This document shows positions 26,802 to 36,246 of a DNA stretch of 40,528 nucleotides, one piece after another. The notes under the pieces were generated by a model. The model was not told where the DNA came from. It was given only the letters and a program-made list of their open reading frames with translations, and made no database searches. Position 1 is the first letter of the stretch. Every line of letters begins with the position of its first letter. The DNA is taken from the NCBI GenBank assembly GCA_965242925.1, contig CBDEUM010000007.1, positions 1 through 40,528 of the forward strand, in the 5' to 3' direction. This DNA is from Roseibacillus sp. GTDB taxonomy: Bacteria > Verrucomicrobiota > Verrucomicrobiia > Verrucomicrobiales > Akkermansiaceae. The translations under genes and the position numbers were made by a program.

Positions 26802-26868
26802 ATTGGTGGACAGCAGCGATTGAATCGCGGGACGATGATTGCATAATTGGTGCCACGAAAAAGAGCGG

Positions 26869-28524
26869 ATGCTGAGTCTCCTTAAAATCCGGAACCTGGC
26901 CCTTGTGGAGCGGCTTGATTGGGAGCTTGGCGGCGGGTTGGTCGGAGTGACCGGGGAAACCGGAGCGGGCAAGTCGGTGATCGTGGGAGCGCTCAAGCTT
27001 GTGCTGGGGGAGCGGGCGGACAAGGGGTTGATCCGGACCGGGGCGGAAGGGTGTCAGGTGGAGGCGGTTTTTGAGCTGCTGGATGCCGGGGGGGTGAACC
27101 GGGTGCTGGAGGAGATGGGGCTGGAGCGCTGTGAGGACGGGCAACTGCTCATCAAGCGGGTGGTGGGTCCGTCATCCAACCGGCAATTCGTGAACAACTC
27201 GCCCGCAACCCTGAGTGTGCTCAAGTCGCTCGGGCGGAACCTGGTGGACCTGCATGGTCCGCATGATCACCAGTCGCTGCTCTCGGTGGAGCGCCAACTC
27301 GTAATGCTGGATGCCTACGGAGGGGCAGAGGAGGCAGGAGCTGCCTACCGCAGGAGCTGGTCAGCCTGGCGGGAGACGGAAGCGCGTTGGCGGGCGCTGC
27401 GTGATGCCGAGGAGGCCGGCGAACAGGAGCTTGAGTTGCTGCGTCACCAGGTGCAGGAAATTGAAGCAGCGGAAATCGATCCGGAAGGGGAAGGTGAATT
27501 GCAGGAACGTTACCAGAGGGCTGCCAACAGCGCCAAGCTGGTGGGAGTGACAGGACAGGCCCTGGCCCTGGTGACGGGCGAGGACACCGGGGTGATGGAC
27601 CGTGTGCGGGAATTGCAGCGCTTGGTGGGGGAGATCGAGAAGAATGATTCCGCTGCCCGCGAGTGGACTGCGGGGCTGGAAACCGCAGTGGTGGAATTGG
27701 AGGATCTCTCGCGGGAACTGGAACGCTATCTTGGAGAGATCGATCTTGATCCGGAACAGGCGACCGCTCTGGAGGAGAGGGTCGATCTCCTGGAGAGCCT
27801 GAAGAGAAAGTATGGACCGACTCTGGGAGACGTGGTGGAGAGCGGGGTCCGGGCGGCTGAGCGTCTGGGGGCGGTGGAAAACCGGGGAGAAGTGCTGGAG
27901 GAATTGGAGGCAGAGGCGAAGTTGGCGCGACAGGCAGTTGTGGAAGCGGGAGCAGTGTTGACCGGGAAGCGACGCAAGGCGGCTCCGCGGCTGGCCAAGG
28001 AAATCCGCAGGCATCTTGCGGAACTGGGGTTCAGGCAGGCCGCCTTTGAAGTAGACCTGGAACTGCAGGCAGAACCGTCCGCAAACGGATTGGAGAGTGC
28101 CGAGTTTGCCTTCGGTCCCAATCCGGGGGAACCACTCAAGCCGCTTCGGCAGATCGCCTCCAGCGGGGAAATTTCCCGCGTGATGTTGTCGATCAAGAGC
28201 GCCCTCGCCAGGGAGGACTGCACGCCCCTGATGGTTTTTGATGAGATCGATGCCAATGTCGGAGGAGAAATTGCGCGGGCAGTGGGGAGAAAGATGGCGG
28301 CTCTGGGTGGCGCCCATCAGGTGGTGGCCATCACGCACTTTCCGCAGGTGGCCGCCCTCGCCTCCCAGCATTTCCTGGTAGAGAAGAGAGTGACGGGAGG
28401 GCGGACAGTTTCCTCCCTGCAGGAAGTGGAGGGCGAAGCGCGAGTGGAAGAACTGATGCGCATGCTGGGCGGTCAGAGTGAGGAAGCGAGATCGATGGCA
28501 AGGAGCCTCCTCAACGACCGATAA
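26869..28524 (+). CDS. recN: DNA repair protein RecN
   Basis: LKIRNLALV; TGETGAGKS; DLHGPHDHQ; coiled coil; IASSGEISRVML; FDEIDAN; ITHFPQVAA. Confidence 0.96.
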   Translation: MLSLLKIRNLALVERLDWELGGGLVGVTGETGAGKSVIVGALKLVLGERADKGLIRTGAEGCQVEAVFELLDAGGVNRVLEEMGLERCEDGQLLIKRVVGPSSNRQFVNNSPATLSVLKSLGRNLVDLHGPHDHQSLLSVERQLVMLDAYGGAEEAGAAYRRSWSAWRETEARWRALRDAEEAGEQELELLRHQVQEIEAAEIDPEGEGELQERYQRAANSAKLVGVTGQALALVTGEDTGVMDRVRELQRLVGEIEKNDSAAREWTAGLETAVVELEDLSRELERYLGEIDLDPEQATALEERVDLLESLKRKYGPTLGDVVESGVRAAERLGAVENRGEVLEELEAEAKLARQAVVEAGAVLTGKRRKAAPRLAKEIRRHLAELGFRQAAFEVDLELQAEPSANGLESAEFAFGPNPGEPLKPLRQIASSGEISRVMLSIKSALAREDCTPLMVFDEIDANVGGEIARAVGRKMAALGGAHQVVAITHFPQVAALASQHFLVEKRVTGGRTVSSLQEVEGEARVEELMRMLGGQSEEARSMARSLLNDR

Positions 28525-28607
28525 AAGAGCGCCTTTGATGCGATTCGGCAGGGAGGGCTCCCTCGGGAAGGGAATTCACGTCTCTCTTTTCACGGCCCCG
28601 GCGTGAA

Positions 28608-29348
28608 TCATCGCTGGAGCTTTTTCCTCGCCCGCCTGTTCTGGATGAGGAAGAGCAGAACGAGGATCGCGAAGGGGATGAGCCAGAGGGTGCCGGGCAG
28701 GGGGAAATCCCCCTCGGCGGTGAGGTGCATGGGTTCCTGGACGTGATTCTTGAGTGGGAAGAGCCACTCCAGTTTATGCCCGTCCCGTGATTGAGTGGAG
28801 GCGTTGGATTCCCGGGCCGAGGAGGGGAGGTTGAGGGTGTAGTGGAAGGAGGAATCTCCGAGGAGGGCCGGCACCCTCACAATGGATTTGGCAGCCGGGC
28901 TTGATTTGAGGAGCCAGCTGATGTCGACCTTCCGTTCGTAGGAGATCCCGCGCCAGGAGATGTCGAGGTGTGTCTCGCCGAAGAGGACCTCGGCCTTGAC
29001 GCGTTTGTCGGGTTCGGCGGGATCGCGCAGCTGACGTGCCGGAAAGGTGGCAAGCTTGCGGAGGTCGTCAAAGGTTCCCGAGAACTTGAGGGTGACGCCG
29101 CCGCGTCTGGTCTGGTGACTGACACTGGTGAGTTCGATGTGCGGGTCGCGCGCAGCGGCATTCTTCAGGATCTCCACCAGTTCCTCCGGGTCGCCGATCT
29201 TCCGGGCCACCACGGTGGGCATCTTGTAGGTGGCCTCGATGCGACCCGAGCCGTCGGGTTCGAGCCATATCTCCTCCTCGCCCTCGATGCAGCTCACCAG
29301 AAGGAACGGGAGCAGGACGGGAAGGAGGAAGAGAAGACGCTTGTGCAC
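28608..29348 (-). CDS. hypothetical lipoprotein with C-terminal TM anchor (LppM/DUF3153-like architecture)
   Basis: Lipobox LLVSC; ...DGSG...; TLNLP...SNA...LEW; C-terminal TM helix plus basic tail; -10 TACACT 6 nt before the GTG. Confidence 0.7.
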   Translation of the reverse strand: MHKRLLFLLPVLLPFLLVSCIEGEEEIWLEPDGSGRIEATYKMPTVVARKIGDPEELVEILKNAAARDPHIELTSVSHQTRRGGVTLKFSGTFDDLRKLATFPARQLRDPAEPDKRVKAEVLFGETHLDISWRGISYERKVDISWLLKSSPAAKSIVRVPALLGDSSFHYTLNLPSSARESNASTQSRDGHKLEWLFPLKNHVQEPMHLTAEGDFPLPGTLWLIPFAILVLLFLIQNRRARKKLQR

Positions 29349-29453
29349 GACGCCAGTGTAGCGGGGTATTCCCGGTTGTCAGTTTCCTTGGGAGGGGGAA
29401 TTGCGGACAACTAGGGACTGGGATCCAGCATCCCTGATCTGGCCATCGCCGAC

Positions 29454-30482
29454 TCAGGTCGCGGGGGCCAGGCGTTGCAGGAGCAGGGCAAGAAGAAAAC
29501 AGGAGAGAGGAACGAGGGCGAGGTAGAGGGGGCTGGCATCGAGAGCGTGCCAGCCGGTGCGCATGGTGGCCGCGATTCCTGCAAAGGCGAGGAGATCGAG
29601 GAGGCAAAGACCGGCCAGGGCGCGGGAGACGAAGTCGGGGACGGACTTCCTGAGAACGAAGAGGCTCCGTCCGGTCCAGACGCAGAATGGCAGCAGGCAG
29701 AGAAGGGTTGGAATGGCGAGGTGCCAGCCATCCAGGAAGGGTGGGCGTTTCCAGATCCACCACCAGGTGTGGGTGAGAATACAGAAGAGGATGAGGAACC
29801 GGAGGAAGGCTCTGGGGACGCGTAGCTGTCCGGGATGGCTCTCGTAGCGGGCGGCCAGGGTGAGGCCGGCTACATAGGTAAAGATGCCGAGGGTCATGAG
29901 CCCGAGAATGACAAGCGCGTTGTCCTGAACAAGGTCCAGGGGGGAAGTTGCCGTTCCGCCGGAAGGGAGACCGGATTCAGGATCGGGAACGGAGACCACC
30001 ACGAAATAGCCCAGGAGGTAGAGGAGGCTCCGGCAGATTCCCATGGGGATGATTGCCAGAGGGGTTCGCTTGTGCAGCACGGTGTAGAGCAGGATGGTCG
30101 TTAGCAGGGCAGCGCCCAGGGCGGGAACGAGGGGTTGCCGGGAACCCTCCGGGAGAAAGCAGGCAAAGGACACGATGACGAATCCTGCTGCAATCCAACC
30201 GATCACAGGGCGTGACCAGCGTCCACTCGGGATGGCACGTTCGGGGCGATATTCGCCATCGAAGTCGGCATCCTTCCAGTCGTTGAGGAACGTGCCGAAG
30301 AGGTAGGCGGAGGTCACCCCGACGAGAAGGAGAGGGAGGCGCTGGAGCCCTGCCTCGAAGGGGATTTCCGGGTCATCGATGGTCCAGGCCAGGAGGAATC
30401 CCACCAGGGTATTGGACCAGACGGTGGGCAGGTTGGCCACCCGACCGATGGCAAGAAGGTCGAGGAGGCGCTGACCGGTCAT
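29454..30482 (-). CDS. eboC: UbiA-family prenyltransferase, EboC-like
   Basis: GRVANLPTVWSN; NDWKDADFD..RPERAIPSG (NDxxDxxxD); MGICRSLLYL; lies directly downstream of eboE. Confidence 0.8.
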   Translation of the reverse strand: MTGQRLLDLLAIGRVANLPTVWSNTLVGFLLAWTIDDPEIPFEAGLQRLPLLLVGVTSAYLFGTFLNDWKDADFDGEYRPERAIPSGRWSRPVIGWIAAGFVIVSFACFLPEGSRQPLVPALGAALLTTILLYTVLHKRTPLAIIPMGICRSLLYLLGYFVVVSVPDPESGLPSGGTATSPLDLVQDNALVILGLMTLGIFTYVAGLTLAARYESHPGQLRVPRAFLRFLILFCILTHTWWWIWKRPPFLDGWHLAIPTLLCLLPFCVWTGRSLFVLRKSVPDFVSRALAGLCLLDLLAFAGIAATMRTGWHALDASPLYLALVPLSCFLLALLLQRLAPAT

Positions 30483-30516
30483 GTTCACGGGTTGGGATTG
30501 TGGTTGTAGCTTGGTT

Positions 30517-31665
30517 TCAGAGTTCGGAGAGAACCCAGCGGTACTCTTCCGCGATTTGATCGATGATCGGTTTCTGCAGGTCACCCGGGAGGACGCCCCA
30601 GGTGTAGGTTTCGATCTCGAAGTGGGTGCAGAAATCCGGGTGGTTTCGCCGGTAGGCGAGGAGGTCGCTCACATGGAATTTGGTGGAACGGAGGGGTTCG
30701 GCGGGTTCAGAATAAAGGGGAATATGGAAGTGGACGCGGGCTTCGCGATGATTCCCGGTTGAGGGGGGAGGTTCCTGCAGCACGGCGAGCGCCTCCGGAA
30801 GGTCGGTGAAGCAGCGGCGGCGTTCTTCTCCATTGGTAATGAATTGGTGCAGGTAGACGGGTTCGTCGAACTGCGCGATGGCTTTCACTGCGGCCGGGTT
30901 GTCGAGGTCGAGGGCGAGGGCGTTGGAGAGGTGAATCTTGGAGATGCGGAGCCCTGCAGCCCGGAAGGCATCGAGGGATTCGCGGCAATCATCGAACTCG
31001 ACTGCGAAGTGGCAGGTGTCGTAGTTGATGCCAAGGCGGCGCAGGAGAAGGTCGGGATCGCCGGCCTGGTCCAGCAGTCGATCAAAGAAGGCGAGAGTGT
31101 CGCGGGTGTTCTCAAAGTGGCCCAGGGGCTCGGGTTCCAGTCCGAGGTGGAGGTCGCGCCCGCTCTGTCCTGAGAGCGTCTCGATGTGGCGTGCGCAGGA
31201 CTCCAGGTTGGCGAAGAGAGAGGGCTCATCGGCCTCGAAGGGCTTGAAGGAGCCGGGCAGGGTGGAAACGGAACCTTCCACGCCTTCGGGTGTCAGCCGG
31301 GCGACAATGTCGAAGAGCTGGTTGGTGTAGGTGAGCCGTTCGGGTGAAGACCAGTCGGGACGGTAGACGTTTTCCTTCACACGAGTTCCGTGAAAGGCGC
31401 CATAGGGGAATCCGTTGATGGTGAAAACGTAGCAGTTCTGACTGGCGAGCCAGTCCTGAAAGAGAGGCAGGTTGTCACCTTCCAGCAGCTCGCGGGCGGC
31501 GAGGGCGGAGAGACGCAGTCCGATGGCGTAGGGTTCGTCATTCTGCACCACCTTGTCGCGCACCTTGAGGGTGTGTTCCTGCAGGACGCCGAGGGTCTCC
31601 GCCCAGGACTCTGCCGGATGGATGTTGGTGCAGTAGGCGAGATGATGCTGGTGGTCGAGATGCAC
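30517..31665 (-). CDS. eboE: metabolite traffic protein EboE (xylose-isomerase-like TIM barrel)
   Basis: HLAYCTNIHPAE; GLRLS; TINGFPYGAFHGTRVKENVYRPDW; LEPEP; YDTCHFAVEF; YLHQ; RVHFHIP; EIETYTW. Confidence 0.9.
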   Translation of the reverse strand: MHLDHQHHLAYCTNIHPAESWAETLGVLQEHTLKVRDKVVQNDEPYAIGLRLSALAARELLEGDNLPLFQDWLASQNCYVFTINGFPYGAFHGTRVKENVYRPDWSSPERLTYTNQLFDIVARLTPEGVEGSVSTLPGSFKPFEADEPSLFANLESCARHIETLSGQSGRDLHLGLEPEPLGHFENTRDTLAFFDRLLDQAGDPDLLLRRLGINYDTCHFAVEFDDCRESLDAFRAAGLRISKIHLSNALALDLDNPAAVKAIAQFDEPVYLHQFITNGEERRRCFTDLPEALAVLQEPPPSTGNHREARVHFHIPLYSEPAEPLRSTKFHVSDLLAYRRNHPDFCTHFEIETYTWGVLPGDLQKPIIDQIAEEYRWVLSEL

Positions 31666-31702
31666 GGAGTGGATTAAGCACGAATGATGTGCGGTGGACG
31701 CG

Positions 31703-31767
31703 AAAAAAATCGAGAATCGGGTATCGATCGGGATACTCCCGAGGCGCACCGGGAGGGTTCCTCCCGG
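31703..31767 (-). terminator. hairpins plus T7 tract between the HTH-like gene and eboE
   Basis: CCGGGAGG-gtt-CCTCCCGG (31749-31767); then on the minus strand tcgggagtatc...gatacccga followed by a T7 run. Confidence 0.4.
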
Positions 31768-31775
31768 CCGGATGT

Positions 31776-32099
31776 TCAACCGTGGACCTCCGCCGCAAGC
31801 TGGGAGTTGGGATCCCGGGTCCCCGGCTCGTGGCCCTTGGCGTAGGTAAAGAGGTCCTTGTGGCCGTACTCCACGAAGCGTTTCTTCTGTCCATCATCGA
31901 GCTGGAGCCAGATCGCGACGTTGAAAGTGCGGTTGATCTTCATCATCATCTTCAGGGTCAGCTGGCGGCCGGAGCGCGCACGCCGAACCTGCTTGTGAGT
32001 GAGCTGTTCCGGTGAGGTCTCCACCAGGTCGGTGTTGGTGAGTCCCCACGCCTCCATCAAGGGGTCGAGTGGCTGTGTTCCCAGGTCGCGTTCGCCCAT
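31776..32099 (-). CDS. hypothetical protein, possible Cro/C1 (XRE)-like HTH
   Basis: LMEAWGLTNTDLV...LTHKQVRRARSGRQLTLKMMMKINRTF has XRE-like helix spacing. Confidence 0.6.
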   Translation of the reverse strand: MGERDLGTQPLDPLMEAWGLTNTDLVETSPEQLTHKQVRRARSGRQLTLKMMMKINRTFNVAIWLQLDDGQKKRFVEYGHKDLFTYAKGHEPGTRDPNSQLAAEVHG

Positions 32100-32195
32100 G
32101 TGCAGTCCTGTATTCCCTGCTGATCAGGAATGGGCCAGAAGATTTTAGCCCAAATTCCTCCTTCAGAATTCCGGTGGCGGGCTTACATTGGCCTC

Positions 32196-32468
32196 ATGCC
32201 CAACAAGACCGACATCCTCGACCTCTATTTCATGGATGCCCGATACAAGCTGATCGATATTGCGGCCTTTCTCGATCGCCTCGATCGCCATGAAGGGAAA
32301 AGTGACTTCCGGCACTCGGGATTTCTCAAGGCGATGGAGGCCATGTTGAACCCCGGCGACCAACCGCGGGCCAGGGCCGTGCTGGAGTCGCTTTCGGATC
32401 ACTCCACCGAGCCGGTCGATGCGGCCGACATCCAGTTTGCCTACGGAGCGCCGCAGGAAAAAGCCTAA
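32196..32468 (+). CDS. small conserved-looking hypothetical protein (90 aa) upstream of eboB
   Basis: LDLYFMDARYKLIDIAAFLDRLDR amphipathic helix; -10 TACATT 6 nt before the ATG. Confidence 0.7.
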   Translation: MPNKTDILDLYFMDARYKLIDIAAFLDRLDRHEGKSDFRHSGFLKAMEAMLNPGDQPRARAVLESLSDHSTEPVDAADIQFAYGAPQEKA

Positions 32469-32503
32469 CGCCACACCTTGTGCATCCCTCACCACGTTGA
32501 CTC

Positions 32504-33301
32504 ATGCGCTACATCGAACCACACGCACACATGGTCAGTCGGACCACCGACGACTACCAGGCCATCGCACAGGCTGGTTGCCAGGCTCTCTGTGAGCCAG
32601 CCTTCTGGGCTGGTTACGACCGGGGGTCGGTCGAGGGGTTCCGCGATTATTTTCGACAACTGACCCAGTATGAGCCGGCTCGCGCGGCAAAGTTCGGCAT
32701 CCCTCACTACACCTGGCTCTGCATCAATCCCAAGGAGGCTGATGACGTGGTCTTTGGCCGGGAGGTGCTTTCCGTCATTCCTGAGTTCCTCGACCAGCCA
32801 ACCGTGCTGGGTATTGGGGAGATCGGGCTGAACAAGAATACCAGGAATGAACACACCATCCTCGAAGAGCACATCGCCCTGGCCCAGGAGCGTGACCTGC
32901 CCATCCTGGTGCACACCCCGCACTTGGAAGACAAGCTCAAGGGAACCCGCCTCATTGTGGACGCCATGAAGAACGCAGGGGTGAATCCCGATCGCGTCAT
33001 CATTGACCACGTGGAGGAACACACCGCGGCAATCGCGCTCGATGCGGGCTTCTGGGCGGGGATGACGCTTTACCCCGAGTCGAAGTGTACGCCGGCACGG
33101 GCGGTCGACATTCTGGAAACCTTCGGGACCGAGCGTATCTGGATGAACTCGGCCTGTGACTGGGGCATTTCCGATCCCCTCGCGGTGGTGAAGTGCGCAC
33201 TTGAGATGAAGAAGCGCCAGCATAGCGGGGATCTGATCGAGAAAGTGATATACGAGAACCCGAGAACTTTTCTCAGCCAGAGCCCGAATTTCAAGATCTA
33301 G
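32504..33301 (+). CDS. eboB: TatD-family metal-dependent hydrolase, EboB-like
   Basis: EPHAHMVSRTTDDY; EPAFW; INPKE; GIGEIG; VHTPH; IIDH; NSACDWGISDPL; adjacent to eboE/eboC. Confidence 0.85.
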   Translation: MRYIEPHAHMVSRTTDDYQAIAQAGCQALCEPAFWAGYDRGSVEGFRDYFRQLTQYEPARAAKFGIPHYTWLCINPKEADDVVFGREVLSVIPEFLDQPTVLGIGEIGLNKNTRNEHTILEEHIALAQERDLPILVHTPHLEDKLKGTRLIVDAMKNAGVNPDRVIIDHVEEHTAAIALDAGFWAGMTLYPESKCTPARAVDILETFGTERIWMNSACDWGISDPLAVVKCALEMKKRQHSGDLIEKVIYENPRTFLSQSPNFKI

Positions 33302-33388
33302 GGCCTGTTGACAGGGAGGTAGGCAAGCCCGGGCAACGGTTCGGATTTGACCGTCTCCGGTGGGCCGTGCATTGCTCTTTGTGCAGGA

Positions 33389-35158
33389 ATGACTTGGGAG
33401 ATCATAGCGGTTTACGTGATGCTGGCGCTCACGGTGGTCCTCTTCGTGACCGACAAGGTGCGGATGGACATCGTGGGTTTGCTCATCATGGTGATTCTTG
33501 GTGTGCTGGGGATTCTTGAGCCCAGAGAGTTGCTCCTCGGGTTCAGCAACGAGGCACTGGTCACCATCGCGGCCATGTTCGTGCTCAGTGCCGCTCTCAT
33601 GCGCAGCGGGCTGGTGGCTGCCCTGGGGGGGAAGCTGGCTGAATTCTCCAGGGGTAGCCCCCTCCGGTTCATGGTCTTCGCGCTCTCCATGGTGTGTTTC
33701 ATGTCCGCCTTCATCAACAATACCCCGGTGGTGGTGGTCTTTATCCCGGCGGTCCTCACGGTGTGCGCCCGCCTTGGAGCCAGCCCCTCCAAGTTTCTCA
33801 TGCCGATTTCATTCGCCTCCATGCTGGGGGGGAGCTGTACCCTGATCGGAACGTCGTCGAATATCCTGATCGCGTCCTATGCGGCAGAGGTGGGCTTTGA
33901 GATCGGGATGTTCGAGTTCACCGGGGTGGGGGTGGCCATCGTGGTGGTCGGGATGTGCTACCTCCTGCTGTTTTCATGGCGCTTCCTGCCCAATCGCACC
34001 ACCATCGCTTCCACGGTCTCCGCTGAAGATGCCAAGGAATACATCACCCAGGTGCGCATCGGTCCGGATTCCGACCTGATCGGGAAGAAGCTGGCGGATA
34101 CTCCTCTGGCTACGGCCGACATCAAGGTGGCTGAGCTGATCCGGGGTGACCGCGTCCAGCGGCTGGAGAGGGAGGTGCCGTTGCGAGTGGATGACATCCT
34201 TCTTATCCGGGGTGATCTGAACAAGATTCTGGAACTCGATCGCGAGCATTCGATCAGCATCACACCGGACATGCACGAGGATGTTCCCGAGGTGAAGCGG
34301 GTGGAAATGACGCTCTTTGAACTTATGGTGGCGCCCGAGTCGCCGCTCATCGGGCAGAGTTGCCGGAATCTCGGTCTGCGCCAACGCTTCGATGTCTCGG
34401 TTTTTGCCCTGCAACGCCGTGGGCGTCATCACCAGCGCGACATTGCCGATCTGGAATTGCGGATGGGTGACGTTCTCCTGGTGCGGGGCACGACCCAGGC
34501 GCTGGAGGGCCTGCGCTCAAAGGACGAATTCATTCTGCTGGAGGGCGTGCACGATGAGGTCATCAAGCGTCACAAGGCCCCGCTGGCCTTGGGAACGATC
34601 CTGATGGTGGTCATTCTTGCCGCGGCCGGCCTGGTGCCCATCAGTGTGCTGGCCCTGGGAGGAGCGGCTTTCCTCGTCCTGTCGAAGGTCCTTTCCCCGA
34701 GCGACGCCTACCGTTCGATCGACTGGCCAGTCCTGGTGCTGATTGCCGGAATGATTGCCCTGGGTAATGCAATGGAGGAGACGGGTGCCCTCGAGCTTGC
34801 GGCCGGGCACCTTCATGCGGTGACGGGGGAGTGGGGCGACCATGCTACGCTCTGGGTGTTCTATTTCATGGCAGCGGTGCTGAGCCTTCTCATCCTGAAC
34901 AAGCCGGCGGCCGTCTTGTGTGCGCCGCTCGGGATCGAATTGGCTGCCAGGCTGGACTGCAATCCGGAGCCCTTCATCATGGCGGTGGCCTTTGCGGCAT
35001 CCACTGCGATGGCCACGCCCATGGGTTACCAGACCAATCTGCTGGTTTATGGACCGGGCGGCTATAACTACAGGGATTTCGTGATCTTCGGTCTGCCGCT
35101 CAATATCATAGTCGGGGTGCTGGCCTGCGGGCTTATTCCGCTGATCTGGCCGCTCTAG
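33389..35158 (+). CDS. SLC13/CitMHS-type permease with two TrkA-C domains
   Basis: SAFINNTPVV; GGSCTLIGTSSN; two internal TrkA-C-like repeats; ATPMGYQTNLLVYGPGGY. Confidence 0.9.
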   Translation: MTWEIIAVYVMLALTVVLFVTDKVRMDIVGLLIMVILGVLGILEPRELLLGFSNEALVTIAAMFVLSAALMRSGLVAALGGKLAEFSRGSPLRFMVFALSMVCFMSAFINNTPVVVVFIPAVLTVCARLGASPSKFLMPISFASMLGGSCTLIGTSSNILIASYAAEVGFEIGMFEFTGVGVAIVVVGMCYLLLFSWRFLPNRTTIASTVSAEDAKEYITQVRIGPDSDLIGKKLADTPLATADIKVAELIRGDRVQRLEREVPLRVDDILLIRGDLNKILELDREHSISITPDMHEDVPEVKRVEMTLFELMVAPESPLIGQSCRNLGLRQRFDVSVFALQRRGRHHQRDIADLELRMGDVLLVRGTTQALEGLRSKDEFILLEGVHDEVIKRHKAPLALGTILMVVILAAAGLVPISVLALGGAAFLVLSKVLSPSDAYRSIDWPVLVLIAGMIALGNAMEETGALELAAGHLHAVTGEWGDHATLWVFYFMAAVLSLLILNKPAAVLCAPLGIELAARLDCNPEPFIMAVAFAASTAMATPMGYQTNLLVYGPGGYNYRDFVIFGLPLNIIVGVLACGLIPLIWPL

Positions 35159-35228
35159 GCGGGGATTGGGGATCGTTTATCGTGAAGGTGGAAAACCGGT
35201 GCAGATCGGAGTAGAATGAGCAACTTTC

Positions 35229-36236
35229 ATGGGCAGAGAAGTGACTATCGTTGGCCAGGGACTGGCTGGAACTTGCCTGGCCTGGCGACTCTGGGACCGG
35301 GCCAGGGACTTTAGCCTCGTGCATCGGGGCGATCGACGGAGCACCTCGTTCATCTCGGCGGGATTGTTGACCCCGGTAACTGGACGCAACCTCAATCCCA
35401 GTTGGCGGTTGGAGGAATTTCTGAGTGAAGCGCGTGCCTTCTACCGGGGTGTGGAGATGGTTCTCGGGGAACAGTTTTTCCATGAGATTCCGATCGTGCG
35501 GCTCTTTGCTGATGCCGACGAGCGTTCTCGCTTCGACCGCAAGCGCGAGGTGGTGGACCGGTGGGTGGCGGAATTCCTGGAACCGGAAAACTGTCCCTAC
35601 CACGCACCCCACGGGGGTGTGATCTGGCAGGGTGGGGGATGGCTCGATACTCGGCGTTTCCTGGAGGCTTCCAGGGGCTACTTCCGGGAAGCCGGGCTCA
35701 TTGAGGTGCAGGAAGTGGATCTGGAGAAACCGCTGCCGGATGGGGATGTTACCGTTCTCTGTGCCGGGGCGGCGGGGCTGGGCGCGGGACCCTTCGGCTT
35801 CCTGCCCGAGCGCCGGGCCAAGGGGGAGCTTCTCACCGTGCGGATCCTCGGATTTCCTGAAAATCGCATCGTGAGTCGCAACGGCTGGCTCGTGCCCCTG
35901 GGCGGGGGGCTTTTCCGGGCCGGCGCGACCTACTCCTGGGACGACCTCACCGACACAACCACCAGGAGCGGCCGGGCCCAGATCGAAGAACTGATAGGCT
36001 CGTTCACGAGTCTCCCCTGCGAAGTGCTGGAGCATGTGGCGGGGGTGCGCCCCATCGTGAGGCAGAGGCGCCCGGTCATCGGGCGTCATCCGGAGATCGA
36101 GGACCTTGTCATCTTTAATGGGCTCGGATCGAAGGGGGTTCTCTATGCGCCCGGGGTGGCCGGCCGCCTGGCCTCACACTTGTGCGAGGGAACCGAGATT
36201 GAGAAAGATTTAAATGTACGCGCCTTTGCAGAATAG
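35229..36236 (+). CDS. FAD-dependent oxidoreductase, DAO/MnmC oxidase-domain-like
   Basis: IVGQGLAG; SFISAGLLTP; KGELL; GATY; AGVRP...RRPVIG; FNGLGSKG; -10 TAGAAT at 35212-35217. Confidence 0.85.
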   Translation: MGREVTIVGQGLAGTCLAWRLWDRARDFSLVHRGDRRSTSFISAGLLTPVTGRNLNPSWRLEEFLSEARAFYRGVEMVLGEQFFHEIPIVRLFADADERSRFDRKREVVDRWVAEFLEPENCPYHAPHGGVIWQGGGWLDTRRFLEASRGYFREAGLIEVQEVDLEKPLPDGDVTVLCAGAAGLGAGPFGFLPERRAKGELLTVRILGFPENRIVSRNGWLVPLGGGLFRAGATYSWDDLTDTTTRSGRAQIEELIGSFTSLPCEVLEHVAGVRPIVRQRRPVIGRHPEIEDLVIFNGLGSKGVLYAPGVAGRLASHLCEGTEIEKDLNVRAFAE

Positions 36237-36246
36237 CGTTGCAAAC

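Noticed and set aside
26802..26868. LexA/SOS box upstream of recN
   Set aside because: Neither a TGTTC-N4-GAACA nor a CTGT-N8-ACAG palindrome is visible; only promoter-like TTGAAT/CATAAT.
2714..30482. Tocopherol-like pathway linking the methyltransferase with the UbiA protein
   Set aside because: The genes are ~26 kb apart, the UbiA protein is explained as EboC, and no cyclase or HPPD gene is present.
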